The notes below the pieces were generated by a model, which made no database searches, was not told the origin of the DNA, and was given only the letters and a program-made list of their open reading frames with translations. Both the position numbers and the translations under genes were made by a program. A stretch of DNA of 64,000 bases, taken from the NCBI GenBank assembly GCA_004379135.1, contig NBNI01000006.1:249160-313159 (forward strand). The letters run 5' to 3'. This stretch comes from Acidimicrobiales bacterium mtb01. Lineage in GTDB: Bacteria; Actinomycetota; Acidimicrobiia; Acidimicrobiales; Ilumatobacteraceae. The stretch's first letter is position 1, and every line of letters begins with the position of its first letter. Positions 19,522-28,874 of the stretch are shown here, in pieces.

Positions 19522-20519
19522 CGTCGATCAGCAACGTCTCACCCGCTCTTCGCCGCATCTGGCATCCGGTCGGACGCGTCGAGTCGTTCGGGCCCGAACC
19601 CACGCGAGTCGAGCTCGTCGGGGAGGGCTACGTGGTCGTGAGACTCGACGGTGAGTTGCGCGCGTTTCTCGACGTGTGCCCCCACCGCTTCGCCCGTCTG
19701 TCGGATGGCACGGTGGTCGACGACACGATTCGATGCCCCTATCACGGCTGGCAGTTCTCGTCCGAAGGGCGATGCACGCACGTTCCCGCGCTCGGTGACG
19801 ACGCCACTCTTCCGCCCGCTCGACTCACCGCACCGCACATCAAGGAGGCGTACGGTCTCCTCTGGATCGCTCCCGACGAACCGATCACCGACATGCTCGC
19901 CATCCCTGAGTGGGACGATGCGTCGCTCGACAAGGTGTGGGTCCCACCGGTCGATGTCGCGGCCGGCGCCGCTCAGATCGTCGACAACTTCCTCGACTTC
20001 GCCCACTTCCCGTTCGTGCATGCCGGCACCTTCGGCTCCGACAAGGACCGGCTGGTGCGCGACTACTCGACCGAGCGCACACCCGACGGCTGGGGGTTCG
20101 TCGTCGAGTACCCGCACGTGATCGAGAACCACGAGGACCCTCTCGTCGCCAACGGCCAGCATCCCCTCGTCCAGCCGCGCGAAATGCGCTACGACTTCCG
20201 AGTTCCGTTCACCGCCAATCTGAGGCTGTTCCTCCCGCTCACCGGCATGGTGAACGCGATCGTGCTGTGGTGCCAGCCGATGAACGCGTCGACCACTCGC
20301 GTCCACATGGTCATGATCCGCAACGACACGAAGACCGACGTCGATCGCCAAGCGGCGATCGACTACGAACTCGCGATCTTCACCGAGGATCGCCGAATCA
20401 TCGAACGTCTGCCGTCCACCGAAGTGCCGCTCGATCGGGGCCAGGTACATGTTCGATCCGACCGCCACACGGTGGAGTTCCGCCGCATCCTGCAGCGTCT
20501 GGTCGAGTCGGCGAACTAG
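19518..20519 (+). CDS. Rieske [2Fe-2S] non-heme-iron oxygenase
   Basis: C-terminal 333 aa of ORF 18747..20519, starting at ATG 19518, which overlaps the permease stop as ATGA. Rieske motif CPHRFARL...CPYHGWQF. The catalytic-domain motif reads DNFLDFAHFPFVH. Confidence 0.88.
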   Translation: MTSISNVSPALRRIWHPVGRVESFGPEPTRVELVGEGYVVVRLDGELRAFLDVCPHRFARLSDGTVVDDTIRCPYHGWQFSSEGRCTHVPALGDDATLPPARLTAPHIKEAYGLLWIAPDEPITDMLAIPEWDDASLDKVWVPPVDVAAGAAQIVDNFLDFAHFPFVHAGTFGSDKDRLVRDYSTERTPDGWGFVVEYPHVIENHEDPLVANGQHPLVQPREMRYDFRVPFTANLRLFLPLTGMVNAIVLWCQPMNASTTRVHMVMIRNDTKTDVDRQAAIDYELAIFTEDRRIIERLPSTEVPLDRGQVHVRSDRHTVEFRRILQRLVESAN

Positions 20520-21118
20520 TCGATTCGCACGAACTCGAGAGTGCACTCGGCACCCGACGAGTCGACCATGCGGAGGTGCAGCAGGCCGTCCACGAACGAC
20601 CGGGTGTGGGTTTCGAGGCCCGCCGGTGTGTCGACTTCCATCACGAGGTCGGTGTCGTGGAACAACGTGACGATGGAGACCGGACCCGACGGTGAGTCGA
20701 GAATGACCGCCGTTTCGCCGTCGACGGGGAACTTCTGGACCGTCTTGCGATGGCGGATGTCGCCGATCGAACGCGACTTGACGGTGACGGTGAGTTCGCC
20801 ATCCTTGAAGTCGATGTCGGTGGTGGTGCGGTTGAACTCGTCGCTAACCCGCTTCTCGATGTCGGCCGGGGCGACACCGTGCGCGGCCAGCCAATCGCGA
20901 TAACCGGTGTGGCCGACGAACTTCCAGAGTCCGCGCCACGGGTAGATCGGGTCGTCGAGTTCGACCTTCTGGGCCTTCGGCTTGCGACGTCGACGGGGCG
21001 AGAAGGCGGTGTTGAGGGCCTCGGCGCGAGCGCGCTGGACCATCTTGCCGGCGATGGCCTCGGTCTTGGGCGGCTTGGCGAACTTGGCGAGCGACTTCAT
21101 GACGAGCCGATCGTACAC
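20516..21118 (-). CDS. hypothetical protein
   Basis: 200 aa. It has a basic N-terminus and a beta-rich C-terminal half, with no motif I recognise. Its stop shares the CTAG palindrome with the Rieske gene stop. Confidence 0.55.
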   Translation of the reverse strand: MYDRLVMKSLAKFAKPPKTEAIAGKMVQRARAEALNTAFSPRRRRKPKAQKVELDDPIYPWRGLWKFVGHTGYRDWLAAHGVAPADIEKRVSDEFNRTTTDIDFKDGELTVTVKSRSIGDIRHRKTVQKFPVDGETAVILDSPSGPVSIVTLFHDTDLVMEVDTPAGLETHTRSFVDGLLHLRMVDSSGAECTLEFVRID

Positions 21119-21136
21119 CGGGCCCGCCGGGCGCGA

Positions 21137-22318
21137 TCAGGGCTCGGGGCCGAGTTGAACCAAACGCCCGAACAGTGGCGACGTCATCACGCGATAGTCG
21201 AGAGAGTCGAGGCCGTCGAGGTACATGTCGAGGACCGAGAGGCCGATCGGAATCGATTGTCCCGCCACCGCCACGGCCATCACGATGTCATCGGGCAGGG
21301 CGCTCTTCTCCAACAGGACTCGATAGCGAGTCAGATTGGTCTCATGCACCTCGTCGATGACCGCCGCGAGATCACGACGATGGCTCGCCGCCACGTACGC
21401 CTCGAGCCGGAAACGCAGCCACGGACGACGTCGACTGCCTGCCCCGCGCACGAGAAGACTGGCCGAAGCATCGGCCATCGTGGCTCGGTCGAGAGCACGA
21501 TCGGTGAGCGAGCGATTGTCGTAGATGGCTTCGTTGAGCATCGTGCGCAACGCGTCGATGAGCAGATCGTCCTTCGTGTCGTAGCGCGTGTACACGGCAC
21601 CCGCTGTCTGCCCGGCCCGACGGCCGATGCGACTCACGGTCGTCGACTGCAGACCCACCTGTCCGATCACGCTCATCGCACTGTTGATGAGCGCATCCCG
21701 CAGTTCCTCCCCGGTCGAGGACGACAACGATTCACCCGGGTTGGGGCTCCACGACGGATCGAGCGCGGGAGCCTCTGATCGGACCGCCATCGTGAACATG
21801 AAGAACGAGAAATCGACGATCTTGCGCGGCACTTCGGAGATCTGCTGGCGAAACACCAATCCGAGCGAATATCCGAGCACGTAGGCGATGCGGCCGCGCT
21901 CGACCTCGTCTCGACGATCCCAGTCGAGAACGGCGAGCAACTGGGGGCGCACGACCTCGTCGAGTTCGGGGAAGCGACGGGCCACCACAACAATTTCGAG
22001 ACCCGCCAACAACTCGTTCGATGGCTCCACGATCCGGGACGCCAGATCGACGTCGTCACCTCGAGCGAACTTCACCGCATCGGCCACGAATCCCAAGGTC
22101 GATTCGCGCAGACGTTCGTCCCATACGGCGATGAGGAGTTCGCCCACGGTCTCGTGGCGCGAATACACGCTGCCAGCGGCCAGGCCGCATCGACGAGCGA
22201 CCGCGAGCATGCCGAGGGCGTCGACGCCTTGTTCGACGATCTCGGCAGTTGTGGCATCGAGGATCTCGCCGTCGCGGCGGATCGCACTGGCCGAGCGAGC
22301 TCGGGCTTTGAGGGGCAC
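21137..22318 (-). CDS. TetR-family regulator with two tandem TetR modules
   Basis: 393 aa. Two HTH signatures: ILDATTAEIVEQGVDALGMLAVARRCGLAAGSVYSRH and LINSAMSVIGQVGLQSTTVSRIGRRAGQTAGAVYTRY. Confidence 0.8.
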   Translation of the reverse strand: MPLKARARSASAIRRDGEILDATTAEIVEQGVDALGMLAVARRCGLAAGSVYSRHETVGELLIAVWDERLRESTLGFVADAVKFARGDDVDLASRIVEPSNELLAGLEIVVVARRFPELDEVVRPQLLAVLDWDRRDEVERGRIAYVLGYSLGLVFRQQISEVPRKIVDFSFFMFTMAVRSEAPALDPSWSPNPGESLSSSTGEELRDALINSAMSVIGQVGLQSTTVSRIGRRAGQTAGAVYTRYDTKDDLLIDALRTMLNEAIYDNRSLTDRALDRATMADASASLLVRGAGSRRRPWLRFRLEAYVAASHRRDLAAVIDEVHETNLTRYRVLLEKSALPDDIVMAVAVAGQSIPIGLSVLDMYLDGLDSLDYRVMTSPLFGRLVQLGPEP

Positions 22319-22382
22319 GGCGTCAGAGTAATCGCCGTGGAACCAAAGTCCGGATTCGCCCCATGGCCTAGGGTCGAAACTC

Positions 22383-22961
22383 GTGACCAGGTTCGGGGCC
22401 GACTACTACCGGCGCTTCTACGGACGCGGCGGTGTCCACGACAAGAACTCCATCGCCCGACTCGCGTCAGCCGTGCACAGCATGAGCGCGTGGTGGGGCG
22501 TGGCTCCGCGCAGCGTCCTCGACGTGGGGGCAGGTCCCGGGCTGTGGCGCGACTGGTACCGCGATCAGCACCCGCGTGTACGCGTCGTCTCCACGGATGT
22601 GAGCGAGTACGCATGTGCCAAGTACGGACACGAACGACGCGACATCGCCGCCTGGCGTCCGGCCAAGCCTTTCGATCTCGTGATCTGCCACGGTGTTCTT
22701 CAGTACCCGAGCGACGCCGACGCCGAGTCGGCGATCGACAACTTGGCCCACGCGTGCCGACACGTGATGTACCTCGAGGTACCGACGCTCTCCGACTATC
22801 GAACGATCGTCGATCCGTCGGCCACCGACATGGACGTGCATCAACGAACCGGCGACTGGTATCGCACTCGCCTCGAACGTCATTTCATCCAAGCAGGTGC
22901 CGGCCTGTGGGCCCGCAAGGGCGGCAACGTCCTTCTCTACGAACTCGAACGCGCGCGCTGA
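22383..22961 (+). CDS. class I SAM-dependent methyltransferase
   Basis: 192 aa. Motif I is VLDVGAGPGLW, with a post-I acidic residue and FDLVICHGVLQY. Confidence 0.8.
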   Translation: MTRFGADYYRRFYGRGGVHDKNSIARLASAVHSMSAWWGVAPRSVLDVGAGPGLWRDWYRDQHPRVRVVSTDVSEYACAKYGHERRDIAAWRPAKPFDLVICHGVLQYPSDADAESAIDNLAHACRHVMYLEVPTLSDYRTIVDPSATDMDVHQRTGDWYRTRLERHFIQAGAGLWARKGGNVLLYELERAR

Positions 22962-22962
22962 A

Positions 22963-24246
22963 TCAGGCGCGTACGGCTCGACGCACCGGGCGATCCCATC
23001 CCGGCTCGCCGGTGGGCCGCGGACCGGGCCACAAGCGATGCCCCATCTCGACCATGCCGTGATGCGATCCGTATTCGCCGAGCAAGTTCAGATACGGCTC
23101 GGCCTCGAATGCCTCGGCTCCGCGAACTCCGGTGCCCTTCCAGACACCGGTCGCGAGCAGTTCGATGGCGACGACCGGACAGATCGCGGTCTGCCACAGC
23201 ACCGCCTGCGATCCCCATTCGCGCATCGTCGTCTCGTTGTCGGCCACGTGGTACAGGTACACCTCGCGCGGTTCGCCGTACGACATGCCCTTGACCCAGA
23301 TGCCGGCGCACGTCTTGCCGTGCATCAGGTGACCGAGCTTGGCCGGGTTGGGTAGCACCGCGGCCAGAACGTCGCGCGGCGACACCTCCACGTCTCCGAC
23401 CCGAATCGGCACGGTGGAGTCGAGACCGAGGTACGCGAACGTCTTCAGCCAGTCGATGAACTCGGCACCCAAGCCATACTTGAACGTCACGCGATTGCAG
23501 TCGACCTCGCGCGGAATGAGGATGACTTCCTCGTGCTCGACGTTGACGCACTCGATGCGCCCGATGCCGGCCGGGAAGTGGAAGATCTCCGGCTCGCTGA
23601 AGCAGTCGGTGGTGTAAAGGCCGCGTTCGCGCTCCCACACGATCGGCGGATTGAGGCACTCCTCGATCGTCGTCCAGATGGAGAATGTGGGGGCGAATTC
23701 GAAACCATCGATCGACAGATTGGAACCGTCGCGCACACCGATCTCGTCGATGGTGTCGAACAGGTTGTCGGCGGCATAGCGGGCGAACACGTCGGACAAA
23801 CCGGGTTCGACGCCCATGCCCACCAGGGCCAGCAGACCCTTCTCGCGCCACGCGGTGTCGGCATCGAGCTGCGCCTGACCGAGCGGAACACCCACCTGGT
23901 TGTAGGGATCGGAGGGGTGCGGCCGACTCAGATTCATGGCCATGTCGAGGTAGTTCGTGCCGGCACGGAAGCAGGCACCGAAGATCTCCTCGTTGAGCCG
24001 CGGATCGCAGGCGTTGACCACGATGTCGGCCTTGGTTCGTGTGATGAGATCGACCAGATCGTCGACGGAGCGAGCATCGACTCGTTCGGCCGAGAAACGG
24101 CCGGGGTCATCGAGTTCGCTCACCGCCTTCTGCGCCGACGCCAACGAGATGTCGGCGATGATGAACCGGTCGAAGAACGCGCGAGTCTCGGCGATGGATG
24201 CCATCGAGGCTCCAACGCCGCCGGCGCCGATCACCAGGATGTTCAT
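22963..24246 (-). CDS. saccharopine dehydrogenase family NAD(P)-dependent oxidoreductase
   Basis: 427 aa. The Rossmann N-terminus is MNILVIGAGGVGAS. The family pattern VVNACDPRLNEEIFGACFRAGTNYLDMA is present. Confidence 0.85.
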   Translation of the reverse strand: MNILVIGAGGVGASMASIAETRAFFDRFIIADISLASAQKAVSELDDPGRFSAERVDARSVDDLVDLITRTKADIVVNACDPRLNEEIFGACFRAGTNYLDMAMNLSRPHPSDPYNQVGVPLGQAQLDADTAWREKGLLALVGMGVEPGLSDVFARYAADNLFDTIDEIGVRDGSNLSIDGFEFAPTFSIWTTIEECLNPPIVWERERGLYTTDCFSEPEIFHFPAGIGRIECVNVEHEEVILIPREVDCNRVTFKYGLGAEFIDWLKTFAYLGLDSTVPIRVGDVEVSPRDVLAAVLPNPAKLGHLMHGKTCAGIWVKGMSYGEPREVYLYHVADNETTMREWGSQAVLWQTAICPVVAIELLATGVWKGTGVRGAEAFEAEPYLNLLGEYGSHHGMVEMGHRLWPGPRPTGEPGWDRPVRRAVRA

Positions 24247-24345
24247 GAGGAATCAGTCCAATTCGGGGGAACGGTGTGAACCGTGACCTCATGTCTACCC
24301 GACGAAACCACGCATGCCAATGCATGCATTCGTCAAGATTCGTTC

Positions 24346-25083
24346 CTAACGACGAAACGAAGCGAAATGTGCGGCGATTCCGCTGATCACCGACGATTTC
24401 GATGGCGTGTCGTCGAATCTGGTTCGAACGACGGCTGGGAAGACCTCCGCACCGTTCCAACGGCCGATCGATCGGGTTTCGGGAACGACGGTGGGCAACG
24501 CGTTCGACCAATCGCGTTCGCGATCGATCAATTCGGTCACCTGCGGATGTGCCGACGCATCCGACACGCGGAACACTCCGTATGACAACGAATTCGCGAT
24601 CGTGGTGACGAAACCCTTGTGACCCGCCAATCGCGATGCGACGAAGTCACCGGGGAGGACGAACGACGCAATCGTCGACCATGCGTCGGCTTCGCTGCGA
24701 TGCATCCACGACATCTTCGTGACCGCCTGACGGGCCTCGGGCACGATCCCCACTTCGCTCTCCCACCATTCGGCGGGCATTTTCTTGCGGCACCAGCCGG
24801 CATCCGGTTCGGAGCGGTCGTCATCCCACACGCTTCGAACCGGATGACCCTTGCCATCGAGTACGACCAGACCCGACGCGAAGGCGGCGACGCCGATCGC
24901 TTCCACCGCCGGCGCACCGAGACGACTCCAGGCTTCGTCGATGGCACGCAGCCACTCGAGTGGCGACACCTCGCCGTCGACCATGTGATTGTCGACCGAC
25001 ACCGTGTCGACGACCGACCCACTTCCCCCGTCGACGGTGGCGACCGCGGTGGCGGCGAGGGAGACGTCGATGACAGCGAACAC
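24346..25083 (-). CDS. FGGY carbohydrate-kinase N-terminal domain only (truncated gene or stand-alone domain)
   Basis: 245 aa resembling FGGY_N (AIGVAAFASGLVVLDGKGHPVR, MSWMHRSE, VLPGDFVASRLAG). No C-terminal domain follows in the 100 nt before the next gene. Confidence 0.55.
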   Translation of the reverse strand: MFAVIDVSLAATAVATVDGGSGSVVDTVSVDNHMVDGEVSPLEWLRAIDEAWSRLGAPAVEAIGVAAFASGLVVLDGKGHPVRSVWDDDRSEPDAGWCRKKMPAEWWESEVGIVPEARQAVTKMSWMHRSEADAWSTIASFVLPGDFVASRLAGHKGFVTTIANSLSYGVFRVSDASAHPQVTELIDRERDWSNALPTVVPETRSIGRWNGAEVFPAVVRTRFDDTPSKSSVISGIAAHFASFRR

Positions 25084-25088
25084 GCCGA

Positions 25089-25823
25089 TCAGACTCCCAC
25101 GGTCTCGCCGATGGCACGAATCGGACGCAGACGGTGATAGAGCCGGAACCGTTCGACCGAGTGCCGGGTGATGTGGGACTCGGCTTCGGCCAGATCGTCG
25201 GTCACGAGCAGCAGATCGAGGTCGCTCCGGTCGATCATCCCCTCCTCCACCATCTCGTCGAGCTGGGCGAGCAGCGGAGACCAGAACTCGCGACCCATGA
25301 GCACCACGGGGAAGTCGCTCACCTTGCCGGTTTGGATGAGGGTGAGCGCCTCGAACAACTCGTCGACGGTTCCGAATCCGCCCGGCATCACGACGAACGC
25401 GTACGAGTACTTCACGAGCATGACCTTGCGGACGAAGAAGTACGAGAACTCGACGCTCACGTCGACGTACGGATTGGCCGCCTGTTCGTGCGGCAGGACG
25501 ATGTTGCAGCCGATCGAATGACCACCGGCCTCCTTGGCGCCGCGATTGGCCGCTTCCATGACGCCGGGGCCGCCGCCGGTCATCACCGAGAAGCCCAGTC
25601 GGCTCATGGCCGCACCGACTTCGCGCGCCATCTCGTATTCGGCGTCACCCTCACGCACTCGAGCCGATCCGAAAACGGTGACACACGGACCCACGAAGTG
25701 GAGTTGTCGGAAGCCGTGCAGCATTTCGCGGGTCACTCGTACGATCGTGCGCAGTTCGCGCCGGCGTAGTCGCGGTCCGCTGAGGAACGACCGATCGCGT
25801 CCGGCCGGCGACTTCGACTTCAT
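25089..25823 (-). CDS. LOG-family (TIGR00730) Rossmann-fold nucleotide-binding protein
   Basis: Motifs TVFGSAR, VMTGGGPGVMEAANRGA and PGGFGTVDELFEALTLIQTGK. I prefer ATG 25823, because the track start at 25889 would overlap the divergent gene. Confidence 0.85.
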   Translation of the reverse strand: MKSKSPAGRDRSFLSGPRLRRRELRTIVRVTREMLHGFRQLHFVGPCVTVFGSARVREGDAEYEMAREVGAAMSRLGFSVMTGGGPGVMEAANRGAKEAGGHSIGCNIVLPHEQAANPYVDVSVEFSYFFVRKVMLVKYSYAFVVMPGGFGTVDELFEALTLIQTGKVSDFPVVLMGREFWSPLLAQLDEMVEEGMIDRSDLDLLLVTDDLAEAESHITRHSVERFRLYHRLRPIRAIGETVGV

Positions 25824-25875
25824 CGATGACTTTGGTCCCTGTGAGCCCACATCCATACCCGCAAGAATGCCATCC

Positions 25876-26235
25876 ATGGAACTGCACATTCACGGCACCG
25901 AAGTGATGAACGACCTCGTTCCGCTGGCCCGAGACTTCCGCCACGCCGCAACCGACGTGATGAAGGCCTTCGGCGAACTGCATCGGTCGGCCATGGCAGC
26001 CGGCGCCCTCGACACCAAGACCAAGGAACTCATCGCCTTGGCGATCTCCGTGAGCAAGCAGTGCGACGGCTGTATCGCGTCGCACGCCAAAGGGGCGGCC
26101 AAGGCCGGTGCGACCGAAGCCGAGGTGGCCGAGGCACTCGGAGTGACCGTGCTCATGAACGGCGGGCCGGCCACGGTGTACGGACCACGGGCCCTCTCCG
26201 CATTCCGCGACTTCGCCGGAGGTATGGCAACCTGA
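25876..26235 (+). CDS. carboxymuconolactone decarboxylase / AhpD-like family protein
   Basis: The last 119 aa of ORF 25534..26235, starting at ATG 25876. The CxxC core is LAISVSKQCDGCIASH. Confidence 0.82.
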   Translation: MELHIHGTEVMNDLVPLARDFRHAATDVMKAFGELHRSAMAAGALDTKTKELIALAISVSKQCDGCIASHAKGAAKAGATEAEVAEALGVTVLMNGGPATVYGPRALSAFRDFAGGMAT

Positions 26236-26240
26236 GGGCG

Positions 26241-27080
26241 ATGCCCCGCCGCTCACGTCTCACCGTCGCCACCGTCAATGTCAATGGCCTGCGCGCCGCG
26301 GCCAACAACGGGATCAAGGGCTGGCTCGACGACCGCAGACCCGACATCGTCACGATGCAAGAGGTGCGCGCACCCGATGCACTCGTCCCCGAGTTGGTGA
26401 AGTCGGTGGCCGGACCCAAGTGGTCGGTTGCCCACGACGAATGCGAGCAGAAGGGTCGCGCCGGCGTCGCCGTGGCATCACACCGACCGATCGTCGCCCG
26501 TCGGGCCGGACTCCAGAAGTTCGCCGCCGACTCGACGCCGTTCAGTGACAGCGGCCGGTGGATCGAAGTCGACTTCGACACCGCCGACGGACGCGGCCTC
26601 ACGGTCATCTCGTCGTACGTGCACACCGGCGACGCCGAGTCGCCGCAGCGCATGGCCGAGAAGTTGGCGTTCATGCGGGCCACCACCAAACGGCTGCAGG
26701 CGCTCAAGAAGACCAAGCGGCACGTTCTGCTCACGGGCGATCTGAACGTGGCCCACCGTGAGATCGATCTCAAGAACTGGAAGGGCAACCTGAAGAGCGC
26801 CGGCTTCCTCCCCGAGGAGCGGGCCTGGTTCGACGAACTGTTCGACCGCCACGGCTGGGTGGACGTTGCCCGCAAACTCAGCGGTGACGGCCCGGGCCCG
26901 TATTCATGGTGGTCGTGGCGCGGCAAGGCCTTCGACACCAACGCCGGTTGGCGCATCGATTACCACATCGCCTCACCCGATCTGGCCGACGCTGCGGTCG
27001 AGACGATCGTCGATCGCGCGCCGTCGTACGCAGAGCGCTGGTCGGATCACGCACCGGTGGTGGTGACGTACCTCTTGTGA
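26241..27080 (+). CDS. xthA: exodeoxyribonuclease III
   Basis: 279 aa from ATG 26241. Motifs VATVNVNGLRAA, DIVTMQEVR, LTGDLNVAHREIDL and SDHAPVVV. Confidence 0.92.
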   Translation: MPRRSRLTVATVNVNGLRAAANNGIKGWLDDRRPDIVTMQEVRAPDALVPELVKSVAGPKWSVAHDECEQKGRAGVAVASHRPIVARRAGLQKFAADSTPFSDSGRWIEVDFDTADGRGLTVISSYVHTGDAESPQRMAEKLAFMRATTKRLQALKKTKRHVLLTGDLNVAHREIDLKNWKGNLKSAGFLPEERAWFDELFDRHGWVDVARKLSGDGPGPYSWWSWRGKAFDTNAGWRIDYHIASPDLADAAVETIVDRAPSYAERWSDHAPVVVTYLL

Positions 27081-27973
27081 TGCCCGTTGCGACGCACCAC
27101 CGCGACGGTGGTGCCGAGCACGAGAGCTCCGATCACCGACACGATCACCCCTTGCAAGATGTCGTTGTCGATCGTGTCGAACACGTAGGCGCCGATGCAG
27201 ATCACGGTCAGGATGGCCCCTCCCACCACCTGCTCGATCCGCACGTATCTGACACCTGACCAGAACAGCAGCACCGCCACCGCGAGTGACGGCAGGAAAC
27301 CGAGGACTCCCCCGACGTCGCTCAGCCACACCGGCGCCGACGACACGATGGTGACCACGCCGGCCACGCGCAACAGCACCGACAAGCCGACGTGCTGCTG
27401 ACCGAGCCAGAGCACGAACGTGCCGCCTCCGACGAACAACGCCGAACTGGCCGCCCCTTGCCACGAGAAGTGCTCGACCAGACCGACTCCGATGGCCTGC
27501 AGGGAGGGCAGAAGCGCGATGGCCGCAGAGAACTTGGCCGACGGCAGCCGGATGAAGCTCCATGTCATACCGACCGCTCCGGCCACCACTGCGATCCATT
27601 CGCCATCCCAGTCGGCTTCGGTGAGGAGCAACGCACCGGCGGCCACGAACGAGCCGAGCGCGATCAACTCGAGGACTTCACCGGCGGTGGGCCGCCAGTC
27701 GCGTCCGCGAATGAACCGTTGCGCGAACCACGCGGCGACGATGAAGATGCCGTACAGAGCGACCGCGATGGAGACCTTCGATGCCTCTTCGAAGAGGGCG
27801 ATGACGAGTCGCACGAGACCGAGCGACAAGATGGCGAGCCCGAGATACGTGAGCGCCGAGCGCCACTGGATTCGGAACCGCGGGGCCTGCAGCAGCTCAT
27901 CGGCCTGATACGCGGTGATGCGGCGATCGACCACCAATTCGTGCAGAAGTTCGGGAAGTGTCTTGTCGGCCAT
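27047..27973 (-). CDS. polytopic membrane protein, function unknown
   Basis: 308 aa. After a soluble N-terminus there are about 8 hydrophobic helices. The 3' end overlaps xthA convergently by 34 nt. Confidence 0.65.
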   Translation of the reverse strand: MADKTLPELLHELVVDRRITAYQADELLQAPRFRIQWRSALTYLGLAILSLGLVRLVIALFEEASKVSIAVALYGIFIVAAWFAQRFIRGRDWRPTAGEVLELIALGSFVAAGALLLTEADWDGEWIAVVAGAVGMTWSFIRLPSAKFSAAIALLPSLQAIGVGLVEHFSWQGAASSALFVGGGTFVLWLGQQHVGLSVLLRVAGVVTIVSSAPVWLSDVGGVLGFLPSLAVAVLLFWSGVRYVRIEQVVGGAILTVICIGAYVFDTIDNDILQGVIVSVIGALVLGTTVAVVRRNGHHKRYVTTTGA

Positions 27974-28037
27974 GGCGACCTCCTCGACGGAATGGAACCA
28001 CTGGCCCGCGGCGAACGGTGCGCGGTGCGATGCATAC

Positions 28038-28055
28038 GGGACGAATGTTCGTCCC
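28038..28055 (-). terminator. short palindromic hairpin downstream of the XRE gene
   Basis: gggacgaa tg ttcgtccc, with no clear U-tract. Confidence 0.25.
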
Positions 28056-28063
28056 GAAGTCGA

Positions 28064-28432
28064 TCAGACGGCGCCGTTGGCGGCGCGATATGCGCGGTAC
28101 ACCGAGACGAGCGAATCCTTCTGCTCGTCGGTGAGCGCCGCGTCGGCCTGGATCGCGTCCTCGGTGGACGACGACACCGGTTCGCTTGCCGCGTCGTCGT
28201 CGAGCATGCCAGCATCACCCAGTAGCTCTTCGGCCGACACGTTGAGAGCCTTGGCGATCGACCGCACCACGCGAACCGACGGTTCGTGCAGACCACGTTC
28301 GATCTGGCTGAGATACGGATTCGACACCTGCGCCAGTTCGGCCAACTGGCGCAGACTCATCTGCGCGAGCTGGCGTTGGCGGCGAATGGTGGCGCCGAGG
28401 ACGCCCAGCCGATTGCTCCAGTCGTCGCTCAT
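28064..28432 (-). CDS. XRE-family HTH transcriptional regulator
   Basis: 122 aa from ATG 28432. The HTH is MSLRQLAELAQVSNPYLSQIERGLHEPSVRVVRSIAKALN. Confidence 0.85.
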   Translation of the reverse strand: MSDDWSNRLGVLGATIRRQRQLAQMSLRQLAELAQVSNPYLSQIERGLHEPSVRVVRSIAKALNVSAEELLGDAGMLDDDAASEPVSSSTEDAIQADAALTDEQKDSLVSVYRAYRAANGAV

Positions 28433-28451
28433 GACGAGGCGACGATCCGGA

Positions 28452-28802
28452 TCAAGAAGCCGGGGCGACGGTCTTGGCGATCTTGTTGGCGAACTCGATC
28501 TGCGCCTGGGCGACCTTGACGGCGAAATCGATGTTGGCCGTGATGGCCTTGCGCACGTTGGCGACGACCGGACGAGCCTTGGCCGGGGCCACGCGATCGA
28601 CGGTGGCGACGGCGCGACCGACGGCGGCGATGGTGCGCTCCTGACCCTTGGCGACACCCGTGGCCAGTGCGGCGCGGGCGACCTCGGGCTTGAGGTTGGC
28701 GGTCACCTTGCCCACGAGCACGCGCGGGTCGCGCGACGACGGGGCGGCCTCGGGGGCGGTGCCATTGGATTCGACGGTGAAGGTGGTCTTTTTCTGAGCC
28801 AT
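28452..28802 (-). CDS. small Ala/Lys/Val-rich helical protein, function unknown
   Basis: 116 aa from ATG 28802 (MAQKKTTFTVES...). It ends 19 nt upstream of the XRE gene, so the two are probably co-transcribed. Confidence 0.55.
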   Translation of the reverse strand: MAQKKTTFTVESNGTAPEAAPSSRDPRVLVGKVTANLKPEVARAALATGVAKGQERTIAAVGRAVATVDRVAPAKARPVVANVRKAITANIDFAVKVAQAQIEFANKIAKTVAPAS

Positions 28803-28874
28803 GCTTGAAGAATACGACCTTCTGCTAGGTATGCCAAGCACAGCCCCGTGGCGCTCGTCACACCCGCTGCGGCC

